Assembly (NCBI GenBank): GCA_036386555.1 | Contig: DASVVM010000017.1 | Location: 10,697 to 74,696 of the forward strand | Reading direction: 5' to 3' | DNA length: 64,000 nucleotides | DNA from: Allosphingosinicella sp. | Lineage (GTDB): Bacteria; Pseudomonadota; Alphaproteobacteria; Sphingomonadales; Sphingomonadaceae | Shown: piece after piece, positions 1-11,007 of the stretch | How positions within the stretch are numbered: the first letter of the stretch is position 1 | Layout: each line of letters opens with the position of its first letter | Translations under genes and position numbers: made by a program | The notes under the pieces: model-generated | The model's input: the letters and a program-made list of their open reading frames with translations, nothing else | Databases searched by the model: none | Told to the model about the DNA's origin: nothing

Positions 1-193
1 ACACGCGGCCAGATCGGGGGGAGCGTCAGCCCCATCCCCGGTAACGGAAACACGTTCGACTGCTAGGCTGCAGCGCGGCGGTGTCGGCGTCGGGCCGGGA
101 CCGCGGGCGCGAGAATGCCGGATGGTCGACTGCTTCAATGCGCCCGAGTCGGGCAATAGGACGGCACTTGAGACAAAAAGGAAGTATCGGATC

Positions 194-499
194 ATGAAAG
201 GCATCGTCACAGCCCTGGCGGCAACATGCGTCCTGGCGGTCGCCCCGACGGCTCAAGCCGCTCCTCGCCATTCGACCGACGAGCCCGAGCAGCCGAGCGA
301 CCTGAACGAAAAGATCATCTGTAAGACCTTCACCAGGATCGGCACGCTGGCCGGCCGTTACCGCACCTGCAAGACCAAGGCGGAATGGGAACGAGAGCGC
401 ATCAACCTGCGGCAGGTCAACGTGAGCGATTCCTGCAGGAACCGCCAAGGCATGCCTTCAAGTCCCGCTCCGGGCTCGCCGGCGACGTACGACTGCTAG
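194..499 (+). CDS. Small secreted protein with IC-x6-GT-x6-R-x-C-x-T-x3-W two-Cys motif
   Basis: ATG 194 in the 122..499 ORF; signal peptide MKGIVTALAATCVLAVAPTAQA; motif EKIICKTFTRIGTLAGRYRTCKTKAEW recurs in 3932..4519. Confidence 0.75.
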   Translation: MKGIVTALAATCVLAVAPTAQAAPRHSTDEPEQPSDLNEKIICKTFTRIGTLAGRYRTCKTKAEWERERINLRQVNVSDSCRNRQGMPSSPAPGSPATYDC

Positions 500-578
500 C
501 CTGAGGCGCGCCAGCCAAAATATCGGCCGGACCCGCGCGCCGTTTGTCGATCTGGACCGACCTGTCTATTGACCGGCC

Positions 579-1877
579 ATGGACGAAGCCGAGATCCAGC
601 GCGCTCTGGCGGCCGCCCGCGAGGCGCGCCGCGGCAATAGGACGGGCGAAGCGGCCGAGTTGCTTCAAAGCCTGATCGAGCGCGCGGGAGAGCATCCGGT
701 CGCTCTGAACATGCTTGGCCTGACGCTCCTCGCCGAGGCCAGGCAAGGCGAGGCCGGCGCCCTGTTCCGCCGCGCCATCGCCGCCGATCCCCACTCGCCC
801 GAGCTCTGGATGAACCTCGCCAGGGCCTTTCGCGAGCAAGGCGACGCTCGCGGCGAGCGGCAGGCGCTGGAGGGAGCGCTCGCCATTGACCAGCGGCACT
901 TCATGGCGCTGGTCCGCCTCGCCGAGCTGCACGAACGCACCGGCGATCCCACGAGCGCGGCGGAGCGCTGGTCCGGGGTGCTTGCGCTCGCGGCGATGAT
1001 GGACGAACGGCCGCCCGCCCTGGATTCGATGCTCGATCATGCCCGCGAGGTCGTGGCCGCGCAGCGCGCCGGCTTCGCCGCGGCGGTCGACTCGGGGCTG
1101 GAGGAAGCGCGCCGCGGACTCGGGCGCGCGGAGCGGCGGCGCTTCGATGCCTCCATCGACCACGCTTTGGGCCGGCGCGAAATCTACGCCAACCAGCCTG
1201 CCGGCATGCATTTCCCCTTCCTTCCCGCCGACGAATTCTTCGAGCGCAGCCATTTCCCCTGGCTGGAGCGGATCGAGGCCGAAACCGACGTCATCCGTGC
1301 CGAGCTCGAAGCTTTGCTCGCCGAGGATCGGTCCGCCATCCGCCCCTATGTCGCGATGGAGCCGGGAACGCCGGCCAACAAATGGTCGCCGCTCGACCAC
1401 AAGCTCGACTGGGGGGCCCTCCACCTGTGGAAGGACGGGCTGCGCGACGAGGCCGTCTGCGCCCGGGTGCCGAAGACCGCGGCGGCGGTGGAGGCGCTTC
1501 CGCTGTCGGACCTGCCGGGACGGACGCCGACCGTCTTCTTCTCGCTGCTCGAGCCCGGGACCCACCTTCCGGCCCATACCGGAGTCAGCAATGTCAGGGC
1601 GATCATCCACCTGCCGCTCATCGTCCCACCGGGCTGCGCCTTCCGGGTCGGCGGCGAGACCCGCGAATGGGAGGTGGGGCGCGCCTGGGCGTTCGACGAC
1701 ACGATCGAGCATGAGGCCTGGAACCGCTCGGACCGGCTTCGAGCGATCCTGATCTTCGACGTCTGGAATCCGTACATCACGGAGATCGAGCGCGATCTGC
1801 TGCGCCGCTTCTACCGGGTCGCCGCCGCGGCGAACGGGGGGACCGGCGGCGGAGCAGGAATCGCGATCAGCGACTGA
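579..1877 (+). CDS. TPR-containing aspartyl/asparaginyl beta-hydroxylase (AspH) family oxygenase
   Basis: N-terminal TPR-like helices; C-terminal FSLLEPGTHLPAHTG...FDDTIEHEAWN...RAILIFD. Confidence 0.9.
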   Translation: MDEAEIQRALAAAREARRGNRTGEAAELLQSLIERAGEHPVALNMLGLTLLAEARQGEAGALFRRAIAADPHSPELWMNLARAFREQGDARGERQALEGALAIDQRHFMALVRLAELHERTGDPTSAAERWSGVLALAAMMDERPPALDSMLDHAREVVAAQRAGFAAAVDSGLEEARRGLGRAERRRFDASIDHALGRREIYANQPAGMHFPFLPADEFFERSHFPWLERIEAETDVIRAELEALLAEDRSAIRPYVAMEPGTPANKWSPLDHKLDWGALHLWKDGLRDEAVCARVPKTAAAVEALPLSDLPGRTPTVFFSLLEPGTHLPAHTGVSNVRAIIHLPLIVPPGCAFRVGGETREWEVGRAWAFDDTIEHEAWNRSDRLRAILIFDVWNPYITEIERDLLRRFYRVAAAANGGTGGGAGIAISD

Positions 1878-1880
1878 GCC

Positions 1881-2849
1881 TCAGGCCGCGAGCCGCGCCG
1901 CGGCGAGCGCCGAATCCGCAGCGCTTCCACCGGTCGCGGCTTCGATCCAGCGCCGGGCCTCGGCAAGCTCCGGCGCCAGCGGCTCCTCGAGCTCGGCCCG
2001 GCGCGCGAGGCGCGCTTCGTTGTCGAAGGGCAATTCCGGGTTTTTCGAATAAGTGGCGAAGAGCGGTCCCGCCACCGTCGAGTCGATCGTCGAATCGCTC
2101 ATCGGCACGCAGAGGAGGGCGGCCGCCGCGTGAAGAACAGGGCGCGGGGCGGCGAAGAAATCTTCGGCGTCGAGGGCCCGGGCGTTGGGCATGACCGCGA
2201 CCGCAGCCGTGAACGCCTGCATCTGGGCCAGCCACAAGGCGGCGCAGCGTTCTGCATCGGACAGGTTCGAAAGATCCCCCAGATACGCGGCGAGCTGGAC
2301 TGTGACCCGCTGCAGCCAGCCGCGATGATTCTCGCTGCGCAGGATGGCGAGCAGATAGTCTCCGAGCGAGCTGTAGAGGAAAATCGCCGGCGCCTGCGGA
2401 TCGATGGCGATGAGATCCGGAAGCAGGAAGTTCACCGGGACATTGGCCTTGACGATCGTCGGCAGGTCCTCGCGATAGCGCCTGGACAGCATCGCCGCGA
2501 TCAGTGCCAGCCGCCCGGGGTCGCGATCGAACGCCATCTGGCGGAGCGCCAGCGGCTCGCGCAGCACCAGGTTCAGCGAGGGATCGTCGAGCGCGCGCGC
2601 AAGCAAGGTCGATCCGCAATGGGCGACATGGAAGATCCATCCCGTCCGCGCGGCCGGCCGGTCCCCATCGGCCAGGGCCGGCACGGGCAGCCGCATCGAC
2701 CGGTTGGCCGCCGGATCGATCCGGTGATCCAGGAAGATCGATCGATGGTAGGCGGAACGGTCCATCGGCACGAAGATCGCCGAATCGCCTTCGAAGGAAT
2801 GGAGGTAATGGTCCGGAGATTCGAACAAATCGTCGAGCGTCAGGGACAT
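1881..2849 (-). CDS. Sulfotransferase-like (P-loop) protein
   Basis: WIFHVAHCGSTLLARAL resembles the PAPS 5'-phosphosulfate-binding loop, followed by LREP; start ATG 2849 (MSLTLDD). Confidence 0.65.
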   Translation of the reverse strand: MSLTLDDLFESPDHYLHSFEGDSAIFVPMDRSAYHRSIFLDHRIDPAANRSMRLPVPALADGDRPAARTGWIFHVAHCGSTLLARALDDPSLNLVLREPLALRQMAFDRDPGRLALIAAMLSRRYREDLPTIVKANVPVNFLLPDLIAIDPQAPAIFLYSSLGDYLLAILRSENHRGWLQRVTVQLAAYLGDLSNLSDAERCAALWLAQMQAFTAAVAVMPNARALDAEDFFAAPRPVLHAAAALLCVPMSDSTIDSTVAGPLFATYSKNPELPFDNEARLARRAELEEPLAPELAEARRWIEAATGGSAADSALAAARLAA

Positions 2850-2900
2850 CGTCCGGCCTATAGCCCGCAACCCCGCCATCGGCTATCCCCCGGACCCGCC

Positions 2901-3881
2901 ATGCCGATGATCCAGCTTCCGGAACCGGGCCGTCCCCAGGTGCTGATCCACGCCTCCGGGGAGTCGGGAATCCTCGACCTGGATCCGTCCCAGGTGATCG
3001 ACCTGTACAAGGCCCATGGCGCGCTGCTCCTGCGTGGCTTCGGCGCCGACGTCGCTCGGTTCAACGCCTTCGCGCGCCAGTTCTGCTCGACCTCGGTGTT
3101 CAACGAAAGCCCCGGTCGTCAGCCGCTCGATCCGGCCAACAACATTCACACGGTCGACGGCGGAACCGGCCCGTTCAACCTCCACCCCGAGCTTTCGCGC
3201 GAGCCGTGGAAACCGGACGCGGCCTTCTTCGCCTGTCTCACGGCGCCAAGCCGGGGCGGGGCGACGACGATCTGCGACGGGGTCGAGCTGGTCCGGGCCC
3301 TCCCGGAGGAGGTCAGGCGGGGGCTCGAGGGGCGCCGGCTGCTCTACGTGAAGCCGACCTGGCCGGCGCTGCTCGAATATTGGCTCGGCAGCCCCGATCC
3401 GACCGACGAGCAGCTCGCCGACCCGCCGCCCTCCTGCCCCTATCGGTTCCGGCGTTACGGCGACGAAATCGTCAGGTTCTTCACCCGCCCGGCCCTGCAT
3501 CGTCCGATGTTCGTCGACGCTCCGGCGTTCGGGAATTTCCTGTTGTTCGCAAGGTTCAACAATAACCGGCCGGACCATCCGCTGCTCGACGACGGGCGGC
3601 AGGTGCCCGAAGCGTGGCTCCAGGCGATCAAGGCGGCGGGGGACAGGCTGATGATCGAGGTCGCCTGGCAGGCCGGCGACGTACTGATGCTCGACAATAC
3701 CCGCTTCATGCACGGCCGGACCGCGATCCTCGATTCCGCCGAACGGCTGATCGCGACCTTCTTCGGTTACCTCAGCTTCGCCCTTCCCGACCCGGAGGAG
3801 CCCCCCGACCCGCCCTGGCGCCGGTCGGACTTCCTGCCGCCGATTCCGCCCGACCAGAACCGAGCAAGGCCGGTACGTTGA
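2901..3881 (+). CDS. TauD/TfdA family Fe(II)/2OG dioxygenase
   Basis: HGALLLRGF, LHPELS (HxE), GGATTICDG, WQAGDVLMLDNTRFMHGR. Confidence 0.85.
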   Translation: MPMIQLPEPGRPQVLIHASGESGILDLDPSQVIDLYKAHGALLLRGFGADVARFNAFARQFCSTSVFNESPGRQPLDPANNIHTVDGGTGPFNLHPELSREPWKPDAAFFACLTAPSRGGATTICDGVELVRALPEEVRRGLEGRRLLYVKPTWPALLEYWLGSPDPTDEQLADPPPSCPYRFRRYGDEIVRFFTRPALHRPMFVDAPAFGNFLLFARFNNNRPDHPLLDDGRQVPEAWLQAIKAAGDRLMIEVAWQAGDVLMLDNTRFMHGRTAILDSAERLIATFFGYLSFALPDPEEPPDPPWRRSDFLPPIPPDQNRARPVR

Positions 3882-3931
3882 ATCCGGGCCCGCTTTCGGG
3901 TAGAGTTCGCCCGCAATGTGAGGGACATATT

Positions 3932-4519
3932 ATGGCTCGGATGCTCTTCTTCGCGGCGCTCCTGGTCGGGGCAGCGGCGCCCGCTTTGGCTGGAACTCCC
4001 GCCAGCGAGAAAGCGCGCAACGCCCAGAGCTGGGACGTTCTCTTCAGCGAATATCCGAAGCGCGCTCTCGCCGCGGGCCAGCAGGGCCTGGTCGGCTACA
4101 AGGTGAAGCTCGACCGCGAGGGCTATGCGACCGAGTGCGAGGTGACCAGGCCGAGCGGTCATTCCATCCTGGACGAAGAGACGTGCCGGCTGATCCTCAA
4201 CCGCGCCACCTTCAAGGGCGTGAGGGATTCGAGCGGGCGCCGGGTGGCGACCGTCACCGAAGGCACGGTCAACTGGGTGCTCCCGAGCCAGGCCGCGACT
4301 TATTCGGGTACCCCCGCGGCGCCTCTCAAGCTGCGGATCGTCGACGCCCCTGCGCCCACGTCCGAGAAACGGATCTGCAAGCGCCATCTGAAGACCGGCA
4401 CGCTCGCCACCTATGAGCGGACCTGCATGACCCAGGCGCAGTGGACCCAGCACCGCAACCGCAACCGCGACGAATGGGGAGAGCTGCAGGGCTCCAAGGG
4501 CAGCACCAGCGGCAAGTAA
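3932..4519 (+). CDS. Secreted TonB C-terminal-domain protein fused to a two-Cys motif domain
   Basis: Signal peptide; YPKRAL...QQGLV...SGHSILDEETC (TonB_C-like); C-terminal EKRICKRHLKTGTLATYERTCMTQAQW. Confidence 0.75.
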   Translation: MARMLFFAALLVGAAAPALAGTPASEKARNAQSWDVLFSEYPKRALAAGQQGLVGYKVKLDREGYATECEVTRPSGHSILDEETCRLILNRATFKGVRDSSGRRVATVTEGTVNWVLPSQAATYSGTPAAPLKLRIVDAPAPTSEKRICKRHLKTGTLATYERTCMTQAQWTQHRNRNRDEWGELQGSKGSTSGK

Positions 4520-4521
4520 TC

Positions 4522-4607
4522 CGCCGTCCCGGCGGAGGCCGGGACCTCGGCGGGTGAGACCTCGGCGCCTTGATCTCACCGAGGTCCCGGCCTTCGCCGG
4601 GATGACG
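4522..4607. repeat. Family C (CGTC-type) palindromic REP-like element
   Basis: cgccgtcccggcggaggccgggacctc...gaggtcccggccttcgccgggatgacg between convergent stop codons. Confidence 0.85.
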
Positions 4608-4609
4608 TG

Positions 4610-7207
<2,598 letters not shown>

Positions 7208-7233
7208 AGTGGCCCCTGATCTTGATCAGGACG

Positions 7234-7263
7234 CTATGTAGTGTGGCCGTTGTGCAACACAAG
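7234..7263 (-). promoter_or_regulatory. Putative RpoH (sigma32) promoter of clpB
   Basis: Minus strand CTTG-N17-ACTACATAG just upstream of clpB resembles the alphaproteobacterial RpoH consensus CTTG...CCTATAT. Confidence 0.5.
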
Positions 7264-7300
7264 TCGCCAAGCCGCATCCGCCGAATTCGCTGCCGCCCGC

Positions 7301-8793
7301 TCAGCCGTGGGGAGGGGATCCCAGGCAGAAACCGATCGAGTCCCGGGCGCGGTGATAATCGGCGCCGCTGTTCACATTGGTCCGGTCGGCGACCGAGAGC
7401 ACGAGCGCATAACCGCAGGGCAACATCGGCGGCGGCCCTGCCGTCTCGAGCGTGAAGATGGCGTCGGTGAGCCCCGGATCGGCAATTCCGCCGACTACGA
7501 AATGCTCGCTGAGGCCGGAGGGCGGATTGGGCTTGACGCCCTTGGCCGGCGCGTCGGGAAGGATTTCGAACCCGAACCCGCCGAAATGCTCGTCGGTGGC
7601 AGTGAACCTGCCTTCGAACACCGCATTCTCGTCGAAATGGGCGCAATCGCCGGCGACCGTGGTGAACTCGACGTGCGCGGTCGGCCCGAGGCGAACTCGA
7701 GGCCGTCATCGGGGAATTTGTCGATGTCGTAGACCCGGACGTCCGCAGTCCCGAGGCAGGTCTCGAAGCTGCCGGTGCCGTCCAGGTCCGCCCAGAAGGT
7801 GACATATTCCCGGCTTCCGTCGGTGCAAAGCCCGCCCGAATATCCGGCCGAGCGTTTGACCCTGATGGTCCCGACCAGGCAATCCTCGCGGGGATCGTAT
7901 CCGACGCACTCCAGCTCCTCATAGCTGGTGTCGCCGTCGCCGGGGTTGAGCAGATCGTCCAGGATCGACGGATCGAACTGGAACTTGCCCGACTGGGCGA
8001 GGAAGTCGCCCCCCGCCCAGCCTGGCGACAGGGCGGCGCCGGTGAGCATCTTGCTCAGCTGCGGCAGAGCGAAGCGCTTGGCCGGGACGTCGCTGTCCTT
8101 GTAAAGCTGCTGCAGCGCCTTGAGCGGCAGGGCCTTGGGCTTGGCGGTGACGGTCGCCTCCGCGTCGAACAGATCCGATATCTCGGCGAAGGAATTGACC
8201 TCGGCGGCCTCGAACAGATCCTTGACCCGCCAGCGACGCCTCGGTTCGATGATGATATGGGTCTCGTGCACGTCTCCCCAGACGGGCGGGAAATCGGGCG
8301 TATTGGGCGGCGGCGGCTGGTTCCACGACAGGATGGCGCGGATGAGCACCATCTGGGGCCTGCGGCAGATGAGCCTGGTGAGGTTGGTATGCAGGGTCAC
8401 GGCATATTCGAGACGGCCCTCGCCCTCGGTGCCTTCGGGTATGTTCCACACCTGCAGCACCGACATGCCGAGGTCGTGCCAGGTCGTCCCGTCGTTCCAC
8501 GAGCCGTAGAAGCGAATGAATTCGTTGCTTCCGCCGCTGCACAGGTTGCCTCCATAGCCGTTCGGCTGCTTGACGTAGATGACGGCCTCGAGCCGGTCGG
8601 TCTGCGGCTGATAGCCGACGCAGCCGATGTCCTCGAAAGTGGTGTTGCCGACCACTTTGAGGGCCGACGCTTGCCCGCTTTCGGGCGCGTTGCCGAAATA
8701 GTTCGGGTTGCTGAAGGTGAGGGCGTGGAATTTCCGGCGGAGGTCGATCAGCTCGCCCAAGTCATCCGGGCAACGGTCGTTGTCGTAATGCAT
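7301..8793 (-). pseudogene. Cys-containing repeat-domain hypothetical protein, frame-broken near 7690
   Basis: Start 8793 with GGGAGG RBS; protein-like sequence to DDGLEFA (~7690), continuing in another frame (GPTAHVEFTTVAGDCAHF...SIGFCLGSPPHG) to stop 7301. Confidence 0.65.
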
Positions 8794-9083
8794 GGCTCGC
8801 CCTCCCGTACAAAGCACAGTGACGCCGGCTGCAATTCGAAACTATGATCCGCTGAAATTACGCCTTTGATCGGCGAGAGTCGAAAAGAAGAACATCCGAT
8901 TCAGATGTAATCGGCTTATTTACGTCTATCTTTAGGTTCATTTCGGCTCATCATGAATGCTGAGCCGCTCATCGTCGACCTTCCGGCCACGGGACAGTGA
9001 CCGCGCGCCCTCCTGCCAAGCGCCCGAGTGGCGCACTGTCGCCGTTGTGAGTGGCTCTGACGCTATTTCAAGAAGCGGAATGC

Positions 9084-10703
9084 TTATCGCGGCGCCTTCT
9101 CCCGGTCCGGCGCCAGCACCTTCCCGAAGAAGCTGTCGGAATACCAGCGCGGGGCCTGCGGCGCGTCGGCGATCTCGCGGGCGATCTCGTAGTTGATCCG
9201 GGCGAACTTGGCGCCGGTCTTCCAGTCGATCGGAAGGGCGAGGTCGTCGCTGACCTTGTGATAATGGGTGGAGAGGAAGCTGGTGAACTTCTCCCGCCCC
9301 CCGTTGGCGAAGCCGGTCATCAGGAAGACCGACGGGACCCCCTCCTGGACGAAGCGGTAATGGTCGGAGCGGGTGAACAGGCCTTCCTGGGGAAGCGGAT
9401 CCTCGGAGAGCGCAACGCCCATCGTCCGGCCGGCCCGGGCGACCGCCTCGCCCATGGTCGAATGCTCCGCTCCGAAGGCGACGACGTCGGTGAAGTCGTA
9501 GAGCAGGATCGGCATGTCGAGATTGACCACGGCGGCGACCTTGCCGCCGGGAACCGGGTGACGGGCGAGATACTGGGCGCCGAGAAGCCCGTCCTCCTCC
9601 GCGGTCACCGCGGCGAACAGGATCGAGCGCCTGGGCCGGTCCGGCGCCGAAGCCATCGCCCTCGCGACCTCGATCATGGTCGCGACTCCGACGGCATTGT
9701 CCATTGCGCCGTTGTAGATCCGGTCGCCTTCGCCCGTCGGCTTCATACCTTCATGATCGAGATGCGCCATGAGCAGCACATATTCACCGGCCAGCGCCGG
9801 GTCCGATCCGGGAAGGACGGCCAGTACGTTGGGGCTGGTGAAGCGGCGAGCGGCGCTCTGCTGGCTGACGGCGATCCGCGGCTTCAGGGCGAAGCCTTTG
9901 GGGCGGCCGCCCTTGCCGTCCGCCTCCGCCAGCACCCGGCTCAAAGGCGTCTTGGCTCCGGCGAACAGGGCGTCGGCGGCCGCCGTGTCGAGCGTCGCCC
10001 GGAAGCGCAGGCCCGGCGCCGGAGTGTAGGGCCGATCGTCCTCGCCGACCCAGCCGAGGTTCGGCTCGTCGGCATTCTCCAGCATCCGCGAAAAGGGGCG
10101 CCGCTTCGCCTCGGACAGGGTCCGGATCGTGACGAGCCCGACCGCGCCGTGGCGCGACGCCACCCGCCTCTTGTCCGAGTTGAGATGGGCGCCGACGTCG
10201 CTCTTCATCCCGTTCGGGAATCCGTTGAGGACGGCGACGATCTTGCCGCGGACGTCCAGCCCCTTGTAATCGTCGATCCCGATTTCCGGCGCTTCGAGCC
10301 CGTAGCCGACGAAGACGACGGGCGCCTCCACCGCGACCGGCGCTTCGTCGGGCGTCGGCGTCAGGACCACCTCCCGCCCGTGAAGGAAGCGGCGGCCGCC
10401 GATGGTGAGCGAGCCGGGCTCGCCGGCAAGGCGCGATTCGAGGAACGGCACCTGCTGGTACCAGCCGTCCGGGCCCGCCGGCCTCAGCCCCAAGGCCTCG
10501 AACCGGCTCGCCACGTAGAGTGCCGCGAGGTCATAGCCGCGGCTGCCCGAGTCGCGCCCCTCGAGCTTGTCGTCGGCGAGGAAGACGACGTGGCTGCGGA
10601 AGCTTTCCGGCGAGAAGTCGGGCGATCCGGCGGCCGGCTGGGCCGGAGCGGGCGAGGCGATTGCGAGGCTGAGGAAGGCGAGGCCGAAGCTGTTGAAGCG
10701 CAT
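9084..10703 (-). CDS. M28 family metallopeptidase with PA domain, secreted
   Basis: Signal peptide; AHLDH, NGAMDNA, AEEDGLLG, NLDM, RSDH, YHKVSD; start ATG 10703. Confidence 0.92.
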   Translation of the reverse strand: MRFNSFGLAFLSLAIASPAPAQPAAGSPDFSPESFRSHVVFLADDKLEGRDSGSRGYDLAALYVASRFEALGLRPAGPDGWYQQVPFLESRLAGEPGSLTIGGRRFLHGREVVLTPTPDEAPVAVEAPVVFVGYGLEAPEIGIDDYKGLDVRGKIVAVLNGFPNGMKSDVGAHLNSDKRRVASRHGAVGLVTIRTLSEAKRRPFSRMLENADEPNLGWVGEDDRPYTPAPGLRFRATLDTAAADALFAGAKTPLSRVLAEADGKGGRPKGFALKPRIAVSQQSAARRFTSPNVLAVLPGSDPALAGEYVLLMAHLDHEGMKPTGEGDRIYNGAMDNAVGVATMIEVARAMASAPDRPRRSILFAAVTAEEDGLLGAQYLARHPVPGGKVAAVVNLDMPILLYDFTDVVAFGAEHSTMGEAVARAGRTMGVALSEDPLPQEGLFTRSDHYRFVQEGVPSVFLMTGFANGGREKFTSFLSTHYHKVSDDLALPIDWKTGAKFARINYEIAREIADAPQAPRWYSDSFFGKVLAPDREKAPR

Positions 10704-10773
10704 GGAGAATCCTGGGTCGGTTGGGTCGCCGCTCCCTACAGCAGATCGGGGATGCGTCAAAAGTGATGTCGAA

Positions 10774-10917
10774 TTCCAATTCCTCCCCCAGCTTGTCTGG
10801 GGGAGGGGGACCGCGACGCGAAGCGTCGTGGTGGAGGGGCAATTCAGAGTCTGTGTTTCCCCTCCACCGCGCTTCGCGCGGTCCCCCTCCCCGAGCAAGC
10901 TCGGGGAGGAATTGGAA
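10774..10917. repeat. Family A multi-hairpin palindromic element
   Basis: TCCTCCCC..GGGGAGGGGGACC..GGTGGAGGGG..CCCCTCCACC..GGTCCCCCTCCCC..GGGGAGGA. Confidence 0.9.
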
Positions 10918-11007
10918 AACGGTGGCGCCGGGTGATTGCGGGCATTGCGCGGGCCGGGCCGCCGCTATAGGTCCGCCCCGTATAAGACTCGGGAAGGACT
11001 GCCGAAT

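Noticed and set aside
8830-9080. AT-richer intergenic stretch as an ncRNA or small ORF
   Set aside because: No recognisable structure or credible ORF; most simply the promoter region of the disrupted gene
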